A DNA stretch of 64,000 nucleotides from Candidatus Microgenomatus sp. (GCA_020724585.1 DYGS01000001.1:559027-623026), one strand, 5' to 3'; positions 18,212 to 28,182 are shown, counted from the first letter of the stretch. Made by a program: numbers and translations. Notes: generated by a model from the sequence alone, not told the origin.

Positions 18212-18897
18212 GATGTTTTAATAAACTTAATATTCAGCCTATAGGGTTTATTTTGAAATGGCAGATAACTTGGGTATTTTATCACAAATGAATCTGGGAC
18301 ACCTGTTTCCAAAATGGTACTTACTTTAAAACCATGTTTAGTAAATGTATTTATGTAAGTCTGTAAAGTTCTTGCTTTAAAAACAACGCTCAAGTTATCG
18401 TCTTTTGCTATTTTGCCTGTGACTAAATTCTCATTTAAATATGAGTTTTTATCTAACCATTTCATTGGGTGAGTAACAGAAATAACCAATATTCCATTTT
18501 TATTCAAAACTTTGTAGGACTCTTTAGCAATGTTTTCAATATCCCTAAGATACATTAAAACCAATTTACAAGTAACTAGATTAAAATTTGTATTTAATGC
18601 GGGAAATTCTTTTTCTAAATCAAATTGAAGGAATTTTGTATTTTTGCAAACTTTTTTCGCCTGCATTAACATTTTGTATGAAAGGTCTACCCCAACAACA
18701 CGTTGATATCTAGTTTCAAGTTCTTTAGTAAACCTTCCATCACCACAACCTAAGTCAAGTGCATTTCCAAAATTGTCACACAAACTTAGAATAGACAATG
18801 AATTTACTAATCTCTCATATGCAAAATCAGCATTTATATCATTTAAAACGCTTTTTTTATATTTTGGAAATAAACTGTCCCACAAAAATTTACTCAT
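18208..18897 (-). CDS. class I SAM-dependent methyltransferase
   Basis: Motif I LDLGCGDGRFT; 4-nt overlap with the upstream Nudix gene. Confidence 0.7.
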   Translation of the reverse strand: MSKFLWDSLFPKYKKSVLNDINADFAYERLVNSLSILSLCDNFGNALDLGCGDGRFTKELETRYQRVVGVDLSYKMLMQAKKVCKNTKFLQFDLEKEFPALNTNFNLVTCKLVLMYLRDIENIAKESYKVLNKNGILVISVTHPMKWLDKNSYLNENLVTGKIAKDDNLSVVFKARTLQTYINTFTKHGFKVSTILETGVPDSFVIKYPSYLPFQNKPYRLNIKFIKTS

Positions 18898-18969
18898 AGA
18901 TTATGGACAGTAGCAGAAGTATATTAAGTAAGATTTGAATAATCTAGTAAAGTAGAGTTTACAAAAAAG

Positions 18970-20943
18970 TTACTTTTCTTCTTTCTTGGGTAGTTTCCAT
19001 GTAGCATATTTACATTTTGGATAGTTACTGCATCCGTAAAACTTGCCTCTTTTTGATTTTTTAACTATTAATTCTCCAGTTTTGCACTCAGGACAATTAA
19101 ATCCAGTTTTTTCAACAAATTTTTCAATATATTTACAATCTGGGAACTTATCACAACTGATAAACTTACCAAACCTCCCAACCCTAATAACTAACTCTCC
19201 CTCTTTGCAGTCTGGACATTTTCTACCAATCTTCTCTGTCTCAATTTTTACTCTGTTTGCATTTTTTTCAACAATCTCAATTTTTTTTGAAAATGGCCCC
19301 CAAAACTTTTTCATTTCATCTTGCCACTTTATTTCACCTTTTGATATTCTATCCAAATCATCTTCCATTTCTGCGGTAAATTTATAATCAAGTTCCTCTG
19401 GAAAGTTTTTAACTAAAAATTCAGTTACTGCAAAACCAACTGTTGTTGGAACAAAGGCTTTTTCTTGTTTTTCTACATAACCTCTTGCCTGAATTGTTGA
19501 AATGATTGGTGCATATGTTGAAGGTCTACCAATTCCCAACTTCTCAAGTGTTTTAATTAAAGAAGCTTCATTATACCTTGCAGGAGGTAATGTAAACTTT
19601 TGTTCTCCCCAAACTTTTTCTTTTGCAAGACTTTCATTTTCTTTTAACTGAGGCAATATAATAACTTCTTTGTCAATTGAGAATAGTTTCCTCCAACCAT
19701 CAAAAATCATTATTTGTCCGCCTGATCTAAGTAGATGTTTTTTGCTGTTTTCTGTTTCGCTTTCAACATCAATTATTGTTTCACTATAAATTGCCGGTTT
19801 CATCTGACAGGCAACAAATCTTTTCCAAATCAGCTCATATAATTTTTGTTGTGCTTGTTCTAATTTAGCATTTAGCATTTGTAATTTAGCATTGACGGCC
19901 GTAGGCCGTATCGCCTCATGTGCTTCCTGCACATTTTTACTTTGCTTTTTAAAGTAGTTTGGTTTTTCAGGAAGATAATTTTCCCCATATTCTTTCTCTA
20001 TAAAATCCCTGACATTATTAATTGCTTGTATGGATATATTTACTGAGTCAGTTCTGTGATATGTGATAAGTCCCTCTTCATATAATTTTTGTGCAACACT
20101 CATTGTTCTTTTTGCACTCCAGCCAAAAAGTCTTGCTCCAGTTTGTGTTAATGTAGAAGTTGTAAATGGTGGATATGCACTCTTTTTAACTTCTTTTTTA
20201 CTAATTCTTAAAACTTTAAATTTTGAATTTTCCAAATCAGATATTACACTATCTGCGTCCTTTTTATTATTAATACTTTCTTTGATTAAAGTGGTAGTAA
20301 TTATCTTGTTTTTGTCTTCACTTGAATAAAGTTTTGCAAATATTTCCCAGTACTCTTCTGGTTTAAATTTTTTAATTTCATCTTCTCTTTCAACTATTAA
20401 ACGAACTGCAACAGATTGGACACGCCCTGCAGATAAACCTCTTCTAACTTTTTTCCAAAGAAGTGGCGACAATTTATATCCCACCAACCTATCCAATACC
20501 CTTCTAGCAATCTGCGCATCAACTAAATTTTGATTAACAACAGTAGGGTGACTTATTGCTTCTTCAACAGCCTTTTGTGTTATCTCATGGAAGCTTATGC
20601 GTTTCAATTTATCATTTGTAATTTGTAATTTGGCATTTGCAAGCATGTCTCTAACATGCGAAGCGATGGCTTCTCCCTCGCGGTCCGGATCGGTCGCAAT
20701 AAAAACTTGCTCGGCTTTCTTAGATTTAGACTGTAAATTTTTCACTATAGCTTTTTGTTTTTCAATAATTTGATAGTCTGGTTTAAAATTATTCTCAATA
20801 TCAATTGAAAGCCGGCTTTTAGGAAGGTCCATAATGTGCCCACGAGTGGAATCAACTAAATACTCGCTACCTAAAAATTTAGATAGTGTCTTGGCCTTTG
20901 TCGGACTTTCTACAATTATTAAATTCATAATTACTTGCCTCAA
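18970..20943 (-). CDS. topA: DNA topoisomerase I
   Basis: Toprim IVESPTKAKT, active-site region, C-terminal Zn ribbons (CPDCKEGELV..., CPECKTGELI...). Carries two in-frame repeat insertions (ANAKLQITNDKLKR; AVNAKLQMLNAKLEQ). Confidence 0.9.
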   Translation of the reverse strand: MRQVIMNLIIVESPTKAKTLSKFLGSEYLVDSTRGHIMDLPKSRLSIDIENNFKPDYQIIEKQKAIVKNLQSKSKKAEQVFIATDPDREGEAIASHVRDMLANAKLQITNDKLKRISFHEITQKAVEEAISHPTVVNQNLVDAQIARRVLDRLVGYKLSPLLWKKVRRGLSAGRVQSVAVRLIVEREDEIKKFKPEEYWEIFAKLYSSEDKNKIITTTLIKESINNKKDADSVISDLENSKFKVLRISKKEVKKSAYPPFTTSTLTQTGARLFGWSAKRTMSVAQKLYEEGLITYHRTDSVNISIQAINNVRDFIEKEYGENYLPEKPNYFKKQSKNVQEAHEAIRPTAVNAKLQMLNAKLEQAQQKLYELIWKRFVACQMKPAIYSETIIDVESETENSKKHLLRSGGQIMIFDGWRKLFSIDKEVIILPQLKENESLAKEKVWGEQKFTLPPARYNEASLIKTLEKLGIGRPSTYAPIISTIQARGYVEKQEKAFVPTTVGFAVTEFLVKNFPEELDYKFTAEMEDDLDRISKGEIKWQDEMKKFWGPFSKKIEIVEKNANRVKIETEKIGRKCPDCKEGELVIRVGRFGKFISCDKFPDCKYIEKFVEKTGFNCPECKTGELIVKKSKRGKFYGCSNYPKCKYATWKLPKKEEK

Positions 20944-20970
20944 TAACGAGCGTGAGCGCGGCGATTATGA

Positions 20971-21549
20971 CTACATTAGGTTAATCAGATCAATTGGCGA
21001 AATTACTGAAACTGCGCCCTCTCCTATCAACCAGTCAGTTGCTTCACTCCCTGGAACAGCATAAACATCTACCCCTTCATTTGCTGCGTGATTGGCGGTT
21101 GAAATTGTACCACTTCTCTTTAAGCCTTCAATAACAAGAACTGCTTTTGATAGCTTCACAATTAATTGATTACGAGCAAGAAAATTTTTTCCAATCGGCT
21201 TGGTTCCATTTGGAAATCCTGATACTACTGCACCATTTTTAATAATACTATAGTATAGTTCTTTATTTTCATACGGGTAAATGACATCAATACCCGACCC
21301 CAAAACCGCAATTGTCCTTCCGCCGCTATCAATTGCAGTTTTATGAGCAATCGTATCAATACCCCTTGCCATGCCAGAAATTATTGTAAATCCATTTTTA
21401 ACCAATTCTTGAACAAACTCTTCCGTTAGTTTTTTACCGCGAGTGCTTGGCATTCTTGTTCCAACAACAGCAATAGCCTTTTTATCTTCTTCTTTTAACT
21501 TTCCTAAAATATAGAGATCAGTGTTTGTTTTCAATTTAGCATTTAGCAT
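20971..21549 (-). CDS. dprA: DNA processing protein DprA/Smf (Rossmann core only)
   Basis: IAVVGTRMPS...GMARGIDTIAHKTA motif; N-terminus MLNAKL derived from the repeat. Confidence 0.8.
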   Translation of the reverse strand: MLNAKLKTNTDLYILGKLKEEDKKAIAVVGTRMPSTRGKKLTEEFVQELVKNGFTIISGMARGIDTIAHKTAIDSGGRTIAVLGSGIDVIYPYENKELYYSIIKNGAVVSGFPNGTKPIGKNFLARNQLIVKLSKAVLVIEGLKRSGTISTANHAANEGVDVYAVPGSEATDWLIGEGAVSVISPIDLINLM

Positions 21550-21552
21550 TTG

Positions 21553-23058
21553 TCATTTAGCATTTCCAAAGTATTCATCCATTATTTTTCTTGCAATTGG
21601 ACCTGCAACCTTACTTCCTTCACCTGATTTTTCAACCATTACGGTCAAAAACATCAGCTCATTGCTCGGCTTCTTCTCATCTTCGATATTATATGCAACA
21701 AACCATGCATGCGTTTTATTATCTTCATTTGTCTCAGCAGTCCCAGTTTTACAAGCAATATCAATATCCGCTGTTTTCTCTTTAAAGTCAAAAAATGTAT
21801 ATCCAGTTCCCCCAGGCAGACATGTCTTTTTCATACCATCTTCTACAAGTTTTATATTTTCATTTTTAAATCCCAAATCAATACATTTGGTCTGACCCAC
21901 TATTTTTAAGTTGCAAAGTTTACCTCCATTTGCAATCATCAAATCCGCCCTGTGTAAAGAAATTGGAGTTAATGCCAAGTCACCCTGACCGATTGAAAAA
22001 TGGTAAGTATTACCCAAAAACCATCTTTCACCCTTAACCCTTTCTTTCCAGTCCGGTGATGGAATTAAATTTAGAACTTCACCTTTTATATCGATCTCTG
22101 TCGTCTTAGTTAACCCAAATTTTTTCAATCCATCTATCAATTTATTTATTCCTACCAATTCTCCAACTTTGTAAAAAAATGTATCTGTTGATCTGGCGAT
22201 GGCCCTTGTCAAGTCAATTTCCGCTTCAACTCCGCCATATTGTGTGTAATACCAATTTGTGTATGAATAATTGCCATAGGGGCTCTCAATTGTAATTACA
22301 CCCGTATCATTAAATATAAAATCTTTATCAATTTTGCCCTCTTCCAAGGCAATCAAAGCAACCACGGGCTTAAAAACTGATCCTGGATGATAAAGTCCCC
22401 CTATAGCCCTATTTAAAAGTGGCAGATTTTCGTCATTTAACGCAGGCAATATATTATTCGCATCGTAGGATGGAGAAGAAAAAAGAACTAAAATTCGCCC
22501 CGCTTTGTCAGTTATAATTACAGTGCCCGTTTTATCCTTCATTTCCTCAGCCGCTTTTTTTTGCAGATTGTAATCAATATTGGTTTTTATATCCTGTCCT
22601 GCAATTGGTTCTCTTCTACCAATTATTCTTATTTTTTCTTGTCTGCTATTAACCTCAATTAACTCTTCCCCGTCGATTCCTGACAAAATGCAATTGTACT
22701 CTTCCTGCAGCCCTCCGCGGCCAACTATTTGACCAAGTCTGTAGGCACCCTTTTCAATACACTTAGGATCAACCTTTCCAACCTCTTTTTCGTTAACTTC
22801 TGCAAGATAACCTGTTATGTGAGAAAAATCAGACCCTGATAAAATCTCACCGCCTCGGGCATAAATATTTCCTCTTCTGGCAGGAATTTTAACTCTTTCA
22901 ATCCGATTGCCTTCAGATAAACCCCTGTAATAATCTCCTTTTATTATTTGAAGTTCAAAAAGTCTTGATATCAAAACCAAAAAACCCAACAACAAAATAC
23001 CTCTTAAAAACCACAAAAACCAAGATTCATTATTTTCTATCCCCGCAAGACTTTGCAT
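21553..23058 (-). CDS. mrdA: penicillin-binding protein 2 (elongasome transpeptidase)
   Basis: SVFKP (SxxK), SYTN-like, KTGTAE; immediately downstream of mreB. Confidence 0.8.
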   Translation of the reverse strand: MQSLAGIENNESWFLWFLRGILLLGFLVLISRLFELQIIKGDYYRGLSEGNRIERVKIPARRGNIYARGGEILSGSDFSHITGYLAEVNEKEVGKVDPKCIEKGAYRLGQIVGRGGLQEEYNCILSGIDGEELIEVNSRQEKIRIIGRREPIAGQDIKTNIDYNLQKKAAEEMKDKTGTVIITDKAGRILVLFSSPSYDANNILPALNDENLPLLNRAIGGLYHPGSVFKPVVALIALEEGKIDKDFIFNDTGVITIESPYGNYSYTNWYYTQYGGVEAEIDLTRAIARSTDTFFYKVGELVGINKLIDGLKKFGLTKTTEIDIKGEVLNLIPSPDWKERVKGERWFLGNTYHFSIGQGDLALTPISLHRADLMIANGGKLCNLKIVGQTKCIDLGFKNENIKLVEDGMKKTCLPGGTGYTFFDFKEKTADIDIACKTGTAETNEDNKTHAWFVAYNIEDEKKPSNELMFLTVMVEKSGEGSKVAGPIARKIMDEYFGNAK

Positions 23059-23070
23059 CAGTTAATAATA

Positions 23071-24144
23071 CTACATTCCCTTTGTAACTCTAATCTGGGA
23101 TAACAAAGTTGGGGTTTCTAGAAGCTTGCCGCAGCCCCTCACAACACAAGTTAAAGGATCTTCTGCAACAAAAACGGGCATTTTTGTTGCACTAGAAATT
23201 GCTTTATCTATGCCATAAATTAAAGAGCCGCCGCCCGCCAAATAAATTCCTCTTTCCATAATATCTGAGATAAGCTCTGGAGGAGTTTCCTCCAGTGTAT
23301 CTGAAATTGCAGAGATTATCTCTTGAATTATTGGACCCAACGCCTCCCTTATTTCGACATCAGTTAATTTAATAGATCTGGGTAAACCAGTTTCCAAATC
23401 CCTTCCTCTAACAACCTGACTTTTAGCTTTTTCCATATCTACTGCCGAGCCTATATTTATTTTTACAGATTCGGCAGTTGGCTGGCCTAATAAAAGGGAG
23501 TACTTCAGCTTAACAAAGTTAATAATCGCCTCATCCATTTCATCGCCAGCCGTTTTTAACGACTTTCCCAAAACAATTCCCCCCAGTGAAATTACTGCAA
23601 TTTCAGAAGTTCCCCCGCCTATGTCAACTACAAAATTGCCCTCGGGAGACGAGACGCCAAGTCCTGTCCCAATTGCGGCAGCCATCGGTTCTTCGATCAA
23701 ATCGACTCGTCTCGCTCCTGAATCAATGGCCGCATCTGCAACAGCCCTTCTTTCGACCTCAGTGACACCAGATGGAATCCCCACAACAACATGGGGCCTT
23801 GGAATTTTTGGAGTGTTACCGCCCGTGTCATGAACTTTTTTGATGTAATATGAAAGAATTGAGGCCGCTGCATCAAAATCAGCAATAACCCCGTCGCGAA
23901 GCGGCCTTATTACCTCAATTGATGAAGGGGCGCGGCCTAACATTTTTTTAGCCGAGGCGCCAATTGCCAATATTTCTTTAGTTTTTTTATGTCTTGCAAC
24001 AGCAGACGGCTCTCTGATTGCAATACCCTTGTTTTTAATATAAACCAATGTATTTGCCGTTCCTAAATCAATCCCCAGGTCAGTCGAAAACAAGCCGAGA
24101 ACGAAATTAACAGGATTTGGTATACTCTTTAATAAGGGAATCAT
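23071..24144 (-). CDS. mreB: rod-shape-determining actin homolog MreB
   Basis: DLGIDLGTANTLVY phosphate-1 motif. Track ORF extends to 24228; canonical start is the internal Met at 24144. Confidence 0.9.
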   Translation of the reverse strand: MIPLLKSIPNPVNFVLGLFSTDLGIDLGTANTLVYIKNKGIAIREPSAVARHKKTKEILAIGASAKKMLGRAPSSIEVIRPLRDGVIADFDAAASILSYYIKKVHDTGGNTPKIPRPHVVVGIPSGVTEVERRAVADAAIDSGARRVDLIEEPMAAAIGTGLGVSSPEGNFVVDIGGGTSEIAVISLGGIVLGKSLKTAGDEMDEAIINFVKLKYSLLLGQPTAESVKINIGSAVDMEKAKSQVVRGRDLETGLPRSIKLTDVEIREALGPIIQEIISAISDTLEETPPELISDIMERGIYLAGGGSLIYGIDKAISSATKMPVFVAEDPLTCVVRGCGKLLETPTLLSQIRVTKGM

Positions 24145-26098
24145 GATTGCTCTACTTTTTAACACATTATTTGCATTTATTCCACTTATATTTTTTAAAA
24201 ACACATCCGAGCTATTCGAATTTAACAAAATTGTAGTTATCTATATCTTTACAATTTTAATAACAGCCGCTTGGATTATTAAAAGCATATTGGCCAAAAA
24301 AATTATATTTCGTCGCACAATATTGGATATTCCCCTAGCTCTTTATCTTTTTATTTTATTGCTTAGTTTGTTGTTTTCAATCGACTCAAGAACATCCTGG
24401 CTTGGTTATTACTCAAGGTTTAATGGCGGTTTGGTTTCCCAAATTTGTTATGCCCTATTATATTGGGCATTTGTCTCCAACATGACTGCGAAGCAGTCGC
24501 TATTCGCTATTCGCTATTCGCTATTCGCTGCCACAATAGCTTCGCTATTGGCGGTCTTAGAGCATTTTGGAATTTTTACTACCTGCAAACTATTAGGATT
24601 TAATCTATATGAATCCTGCTGGGTACAAGATGTACAAAATAGAGTTTTTTCAACACTTGGCCAACCCAACTGGCTAGCTGCACTTATAGTCGCGTTGCTC
24701 CCAATGACATGGTTATTAATGCTAACTGTTAAAAAAATAGATGCTAAATATTTATCATTTACATTTTTGTCATTTATTTTTTTTATAACGCTTTTATTTA
24801 CAAAATCCAGATCGGGTCTACTAGCTTTTGGGGTCGAGGCAATAATCTTTTGGGGACTCGTTTTTTGGCAAACTAAACTCAAATACTCAAAGAAATTTTT
24901 AACAATATTTTTTTCTTCTCTGATCTTATTTATCTTTTTTAACTCACCGCTTACAACTCTCGACTCGACTCAAAAAATTTCAACCGGTACAACTCTTGAA
25001 ACGGGCGGGACAGAATCTGGCGTCATTAGAAAATATGTCTGGATCGGAGCTATAAATGTGTTTAAAAATTACCCAATTTTGGGTAGTGGACCAGAAACTT
25101 TTGCCTATGTCTTCCCTAAATTTAAACCAATCGAACATAATTTAACATCGGAGTGGGACTACATCTACAACAAAGCACACAATGAATATTTGAATTATTT
25201 GGCGAATACAGGGCTTTTAGGCTTATTATCTTACCTCTTTATAATTGGATCTATACTTAAATTATTTATTCAAAAACTTTCAATTACAAATTACAAATTA
25301 CAAATTACAAATAATTTAGAATTTAGAATTTATAATTTAGCATTGATGTCTGGCTTTGCCAGCATACTTATTACTAACTTTTTTGGCTTTTCAGTAGTTA
25401 CTACATCCCTCCTATTTTTCCTATTTCCAGCGCTGGCAGTAGTAAGCAGTACACAGAATGTAGAATGGCAAAAAACTAATAGATTAACGATTTATCAAAT
25501 TTTAGCAACCATTGTAGTTTTACTTACTACTTACTACTTACTACATACTACATACTACTACTGGAGGGCGGATATTCATTATAACAAGGCTAAAAATAAT
25601 GGCGGTGAACAAGAAATAAATGAAGCTCTTAAAATTTCCCCAAATGAACCACTTTATATTGCAGAGCTTGCCTTCATAAATCAAGATGCTAACTTGGCGG
25701 CAAAGGCTCTTGACCTAAATCCATACGATCAAAATATTAGAAATATATTAATAAGTACCTTAATCAAAAACGCCTCTGCAGAAGCTAACTATCTTTTAAT
25801 AGCTGAGAAAATTGCAGAGGAAGGAACACTTGTAGCTCCTCAAAATCCAAAGATTTTTTACCAATTAGCACTTCTCAATTTAAAGAATAACAAAATTCAA
25901 GAAAGTTTAAAGAATTTTGACAGAGCAATCAAACTTAAACCTAATTATAAAGAAGCCTATTTTGCCAAAGGATTAACTTTAATTGACTTAAAAAGGTATG
26001 GCGAAGCCATCACTGCATTACAATACATTTTAGATAAAATTGATCCAAACGACGACTTAACTAAAAAATATCTTCAAGAAGCTGTATCGATGTTTTAA
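24143..26098 (+). CDS. O-antigen ligase-like (Wzy_C) polytopic membrane protein with C-terminal TPR repeats
   Basis: Motifs GQPNWLAALIV, FTKSRSGLLAF, NKAHNEYLNYLANTGLLG; TPR-like C-terminus. Contains a 7-nt tandem repeat (24498-24529) and the in-frame repeat SITNYKLQITNN (25281-25345). Confidence 0.7.
   Translation: MIALLFNTLFAFIPLIFFKNTSELFEFNKIVVIYIFTILITAAWIIKSILAKKIIFRRTILDIPLALYLFILLLSLLFSIDSRTSWLGYYSRFNGGLVSQICYALLYWAFVSNMTAKQSLFAIRYSLFAATIASLLAVLEHFGIFTTCKLLGFNLYESCWVQDVQNRVFSTLGQPNWLAALIVALLPMTWLLMLTVKKIDAKYLSFTFLSFIFFITLLFTKSRSGLLAFGVEAIIFWGLVFWQTKLKYSKKFLTIFFSSLILFIFFNSPLTTLDSTQKISTGTTLETGGTESGVIRKYVWIGAINVFKNYPILGSGPETFAYVFPKFKPIEHNLTSEWDYIYNKAHNEYLNYLANTGLLGLLSYLFIIGSILKLFIQKLSITNYKLQITNNLEFRIYNLALMSGFASILITNFFGFSVVTTSLLFFLFPALAVVSSTQNVEWQKTNRLTIYQILATIVVLLTTYYLLHTTYYYWRADIHYNKAKNNGGEQEINEALKISPNEPLYIAELAFINQDANLAAKALDLNPYDQNIRNILISTLIKNASAEANYLLIAEKIAEEGTLVAPQNPKIFYQLALLNLKNNKIQESLKNFDRAIKLKPNYKEAYFAKGLTLIDLKRYGEAITALQYILDKIDPNDDLTKKYLQEAVSMF
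24498..24529. repeat. heptanucleotide tandem repeat (CGCTATT)x4 inside the O-antigen ligase-like gene
   Basis: Direct reading; encodes SLFAIRYSLFA. Confidence 0.8.
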
Positions 26099-26124
26099 TA
26101 CATCGATACAAAACCAACTAAAAT

Positions 26125-26153
26125 TTGACATTTCCTCTCTCTCTCTGTAGACT
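26125..26153 (+). promoter_or_regulatory. sigma70-like promoter: TTGACA - 17 nt (CT-rich) - TAGACT
   Basis: Consensus -35, exact 17-nt spacer, 4/6 -10; ~45 nt upstream of a small ORF with strong SD. Confidence 0.4.
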
Positions 26154-26197
26154 TCAACCCATAGTAATCTATCCAATCCTAAAGAAAGGAGGATGAC

Positions 26198-26329
26198 ATG
26201 ATCGCATCATTTTGTCTTGGTGTGGCGGCAGGAATGTTAATCATTGCGATTCGCAGAGACATGCCGATGTGGTTCCCTATGCTTTTCGGAACGCTTGTCG
26301 GACTCGGTGTCTTAGCATTAACATTCTAA
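26198..26329 (+). CDS. 43-aa hydrophobic two-helix peptide (MIASFCLGVAAGMLIIAIRRDMPMWFPMLFGTLVGLGVLALTF); candidate membrane toxin-like small protein
   Basis: Manual translation. Strong SD AAGGAGGA 7 nt upstream of ATG; GC-rich relative to surroundings; followed by an intrinsic terminator; not in ORF track (<60 aa). Confidence 0.4.
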   Translation: MIASFCLGVAAGMLIIAIRRDMPMWFPMLFGTLVGLGVLALTF

Positions 26330-26340
26330 CCCCCAACCAA

Positions 26341-26380
26341 CCCCTTCAGAACAATAACCAAAATCTGAAGGGGATTTTTA
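26341..26380 (+). terminator. rho-independent terminator (CCCCTTCAGA...TCTGAAGGGG + T-run)
   Basis: 10-bp GC-rich stem, 13-nt loop, ATTTTTAT tail. Confidence 0.5.
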
Positions 26381-26387
26381 TGTCCAA

Positions 26388-26450
26388 ATGATATGACATC
26401 CTCCCCGCTCTTACGAGCGGGGTATCCCATAAAAGAGGATGACATATCAG
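26388..26450. repeat. nested palindromes: outer GATATGACATCCTC / GAGGATGACATATC around inner hairpin CCCCGCTCTTACGAGCGGGG; outer arms repeat the SD-start sequence of the small ORF
   Basis: GAGGATGACAT occurs at 26189 (SD/start), 26393 (inverted) and 26435 (direct). Confidence 0.6.
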
Positions 26451-26502
26451 AAAGAATAACCAATTTTTTAATTCATCCCACGGGCTAACGCCCGGGGTTT
26501 TC

Positions 26503-27063
26503 TTGGGTTCTGCTATAATAGCTAGTATGGTTCAAAAAATAATCCAGTCGGGTGATCCGATTTTACGAAAGGTAAGTAAACCCGTAATTAAACTTGATAA
26601 AAAAGTTTTAAACTTAATTAAAGATTTAAAAGACACACTAAATGTACAAAAAAATCCAGAGGGTGTTGGTCTTGCCGCTCCACAAATTGGAGTTAATTTG
26701 CGAGTTTTTGTAGCTAAATACAAAAACCTTGATCTAGTTGCAATTAATCCTGAAATAATTAAAAAAACTCAAAAAATCCAAAAATCAAAAACTCAAAGAA
26801 AAGCAAGAACAGAAGTTCTGGAAGGGTGTCTTTCACTTCCCCATTATTACGGCCCACTCAAAAGGGATGGAAAAATTACTTTAAAATATATGGATGAAAA
26901 CGGAGACTACAAAACGGCTGAATATAGCGGTTTTAATGCCCAAATAATTATGCATGAAATTGATCATCTGGATGGAATTTTATTTGTAGATAGACTTTTG
27001 GAGCAAAAAAAGAAACTTTATAAACTTAATGCAAAAGATGAATGGGAGGAGGTAGAAATATAG
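26503..27063 (+). CDS. def: peptide deformylase
   Basis: GVGLAAPQIG, EGCLSLP, HEIDHLDG motifs; likely true start at Met 26527 (MVQKIIQSGDPILRK). Confidence 0.9.
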   Translation: MGSAIIASMVQKIIQSGDPILRKVSKPVIKLDKKVLNLIKDLKDTLNVQKNPEGVGLAAPQIGVNLRVFVAKYKNLDLVAINPEIIKKTQKIQKSKTQRKARTEVLEGCLSLPHYYGPLKRDGKITLKYMDENGDYKTAEYSGFNAQIIMHEIDHLDGILFVDRLLEQKKKLYKLNAKDEWEEVEI

Positions 27064-27064
27064 C

Positions 27065-27877
27065 ATGCGCATTGTTTTCTTTGGTACACCAGATTATGTC
27101 CTACCAATCGTTAATGAATTAAATAAATATCATGATGTTGTTGGAGTTGTTACACAACCGCCAAAACCTGTGGGCAGAAATCAGAAAACGACTTATTCGG
27201 AAGTAGATCACTGGGCTCATAAACGCAATATTGAAAAATATTTTAACTTTGAAAATTTACCCCAAGCTGACTTGGGGGTTTGCGCTGCGTTTGGTAAAAT
27301 CATACCTTCATCTGTAATTAATCATTTTAAATTCGGAATTCTTAACATCCACCCATCACTACTTCCTAAATACAGAGGGTCTTCCCCAATCCAGACAGCT
27401 ATTGCAAACGGGGATACTGAAACGGGAATAACAATAATCAAAATGGATGACAAAATGGACCACGGCCCGATTGTGTCTCAATTTAAAGAAGAAATATTGC
27501 CGGATGACACTTTTTCTTCACTTAGAGAAAGATTATTTAAAAAAAGTGCCCAGTTCTTGATTGACCTAATCCCCAACTACACTAAAGGTAAAATAAACTT
27601 AAAAATACAAGACGAATCACTTGCTACATTTACCAAGATGGTTAAAAAGGAAGATGGATATGTAGACCTTTCCGATGACCCACAATTAATCGACAGAAAA
27701 TTGAGAGCCTATTCACCATGGCCAGGAATTTGGACACAAATTACATTAAAACAAACTGGACAAAATAAAAGATTGAAAATACTGGAATACAAAAATGAAC
27801 CAGTCACAGTCCAACTTGAAGGTAAAAACCCCGTATCCTGGCAACAATTCAAAAATGCCTATAACTTAAATTTTTAA
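27065..27877 (+). CDS. fmt: methionyl-tRNA formyltransferase
   Basis: MRIVFFGTPDY N-terminus, NIHPSLLPKYRG (HxSLLPxxRG) motif; def-fmt operon. Confidence 0.9.
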   Translation: MRIVFFGTPDYVLPIVNELNKYHDVVGVVTQPPKPVGRNQKTTYSEVDHWAHKRNIEKYFNFENLPQADLGVCAAFGKIIPSSVINHFKFGILNIHPSLLPKYRGSSPIQTAIANGDTETGITIIKMDDKMDHGPIVSQFKEEILPDDTFSSLRERLFKKSAQFLIDLIPNYTKGKINLKIQDESLATFTKMVKKEDGYVDLSDDPQLIDRKLRAYSPWPGIWTQITLKQTGQNKRLKILEYKNEPVTVQLEGKNPVSWQQFKNAYNLNF

Positions 27878-27905
27878 TTTTTATAATTTGATTTGTAAAA
27901 TCGAA

Positions 27906-28100
27906 TTATTTTTTAACTTTTAATTTTTTGATACAGCTGGCACAAAGTTTCATTCCATGCCACATTTGAATATTTGGAGCAAATGTTCTTTTTGTTTCCT
28001 GTGCCCTTTTCTTCCATCTTTTACCAGCAACACCACGCCCATGCCTTTGGCTCGAGCCAAAAACAGTTTTCTTTCCACAATTACTACATGCAAATGCCAT
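27906..28100 (-). CDS. rpmB: 50S ribosomal protein L28
   Basis: CSNCGKKTVFGSSQRHGRGVAGKRWKKR...FAPNIQ pattern (CxxTGKxxxxGNxxSHAxNxTKRxFxPNLQ) with Cys Zn-ribbon variant. Confidence 0.7.
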   Translation of the reverse strand: MAFACSNCGKKTVFGSSQRHGRGVAGKRWKKRAQETKRTFAPNIQMWHGMKLCASCIKKLKVKK

Positions 28101-28182
28101 AATATTAAGTCCTAAATTTTAAAAAATACTAACACTTTTAAATTTAAACAAAGCTTTGATATTATATATTTTATAGATATAC

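Noticed and set aside
26503-26527. Extended def N-terminus (MGSAIIAS) from the track ORF
   Set aside because: Conserved Def N-terminus aligns to the Met at 26527; the upstream extension is probably not translated.
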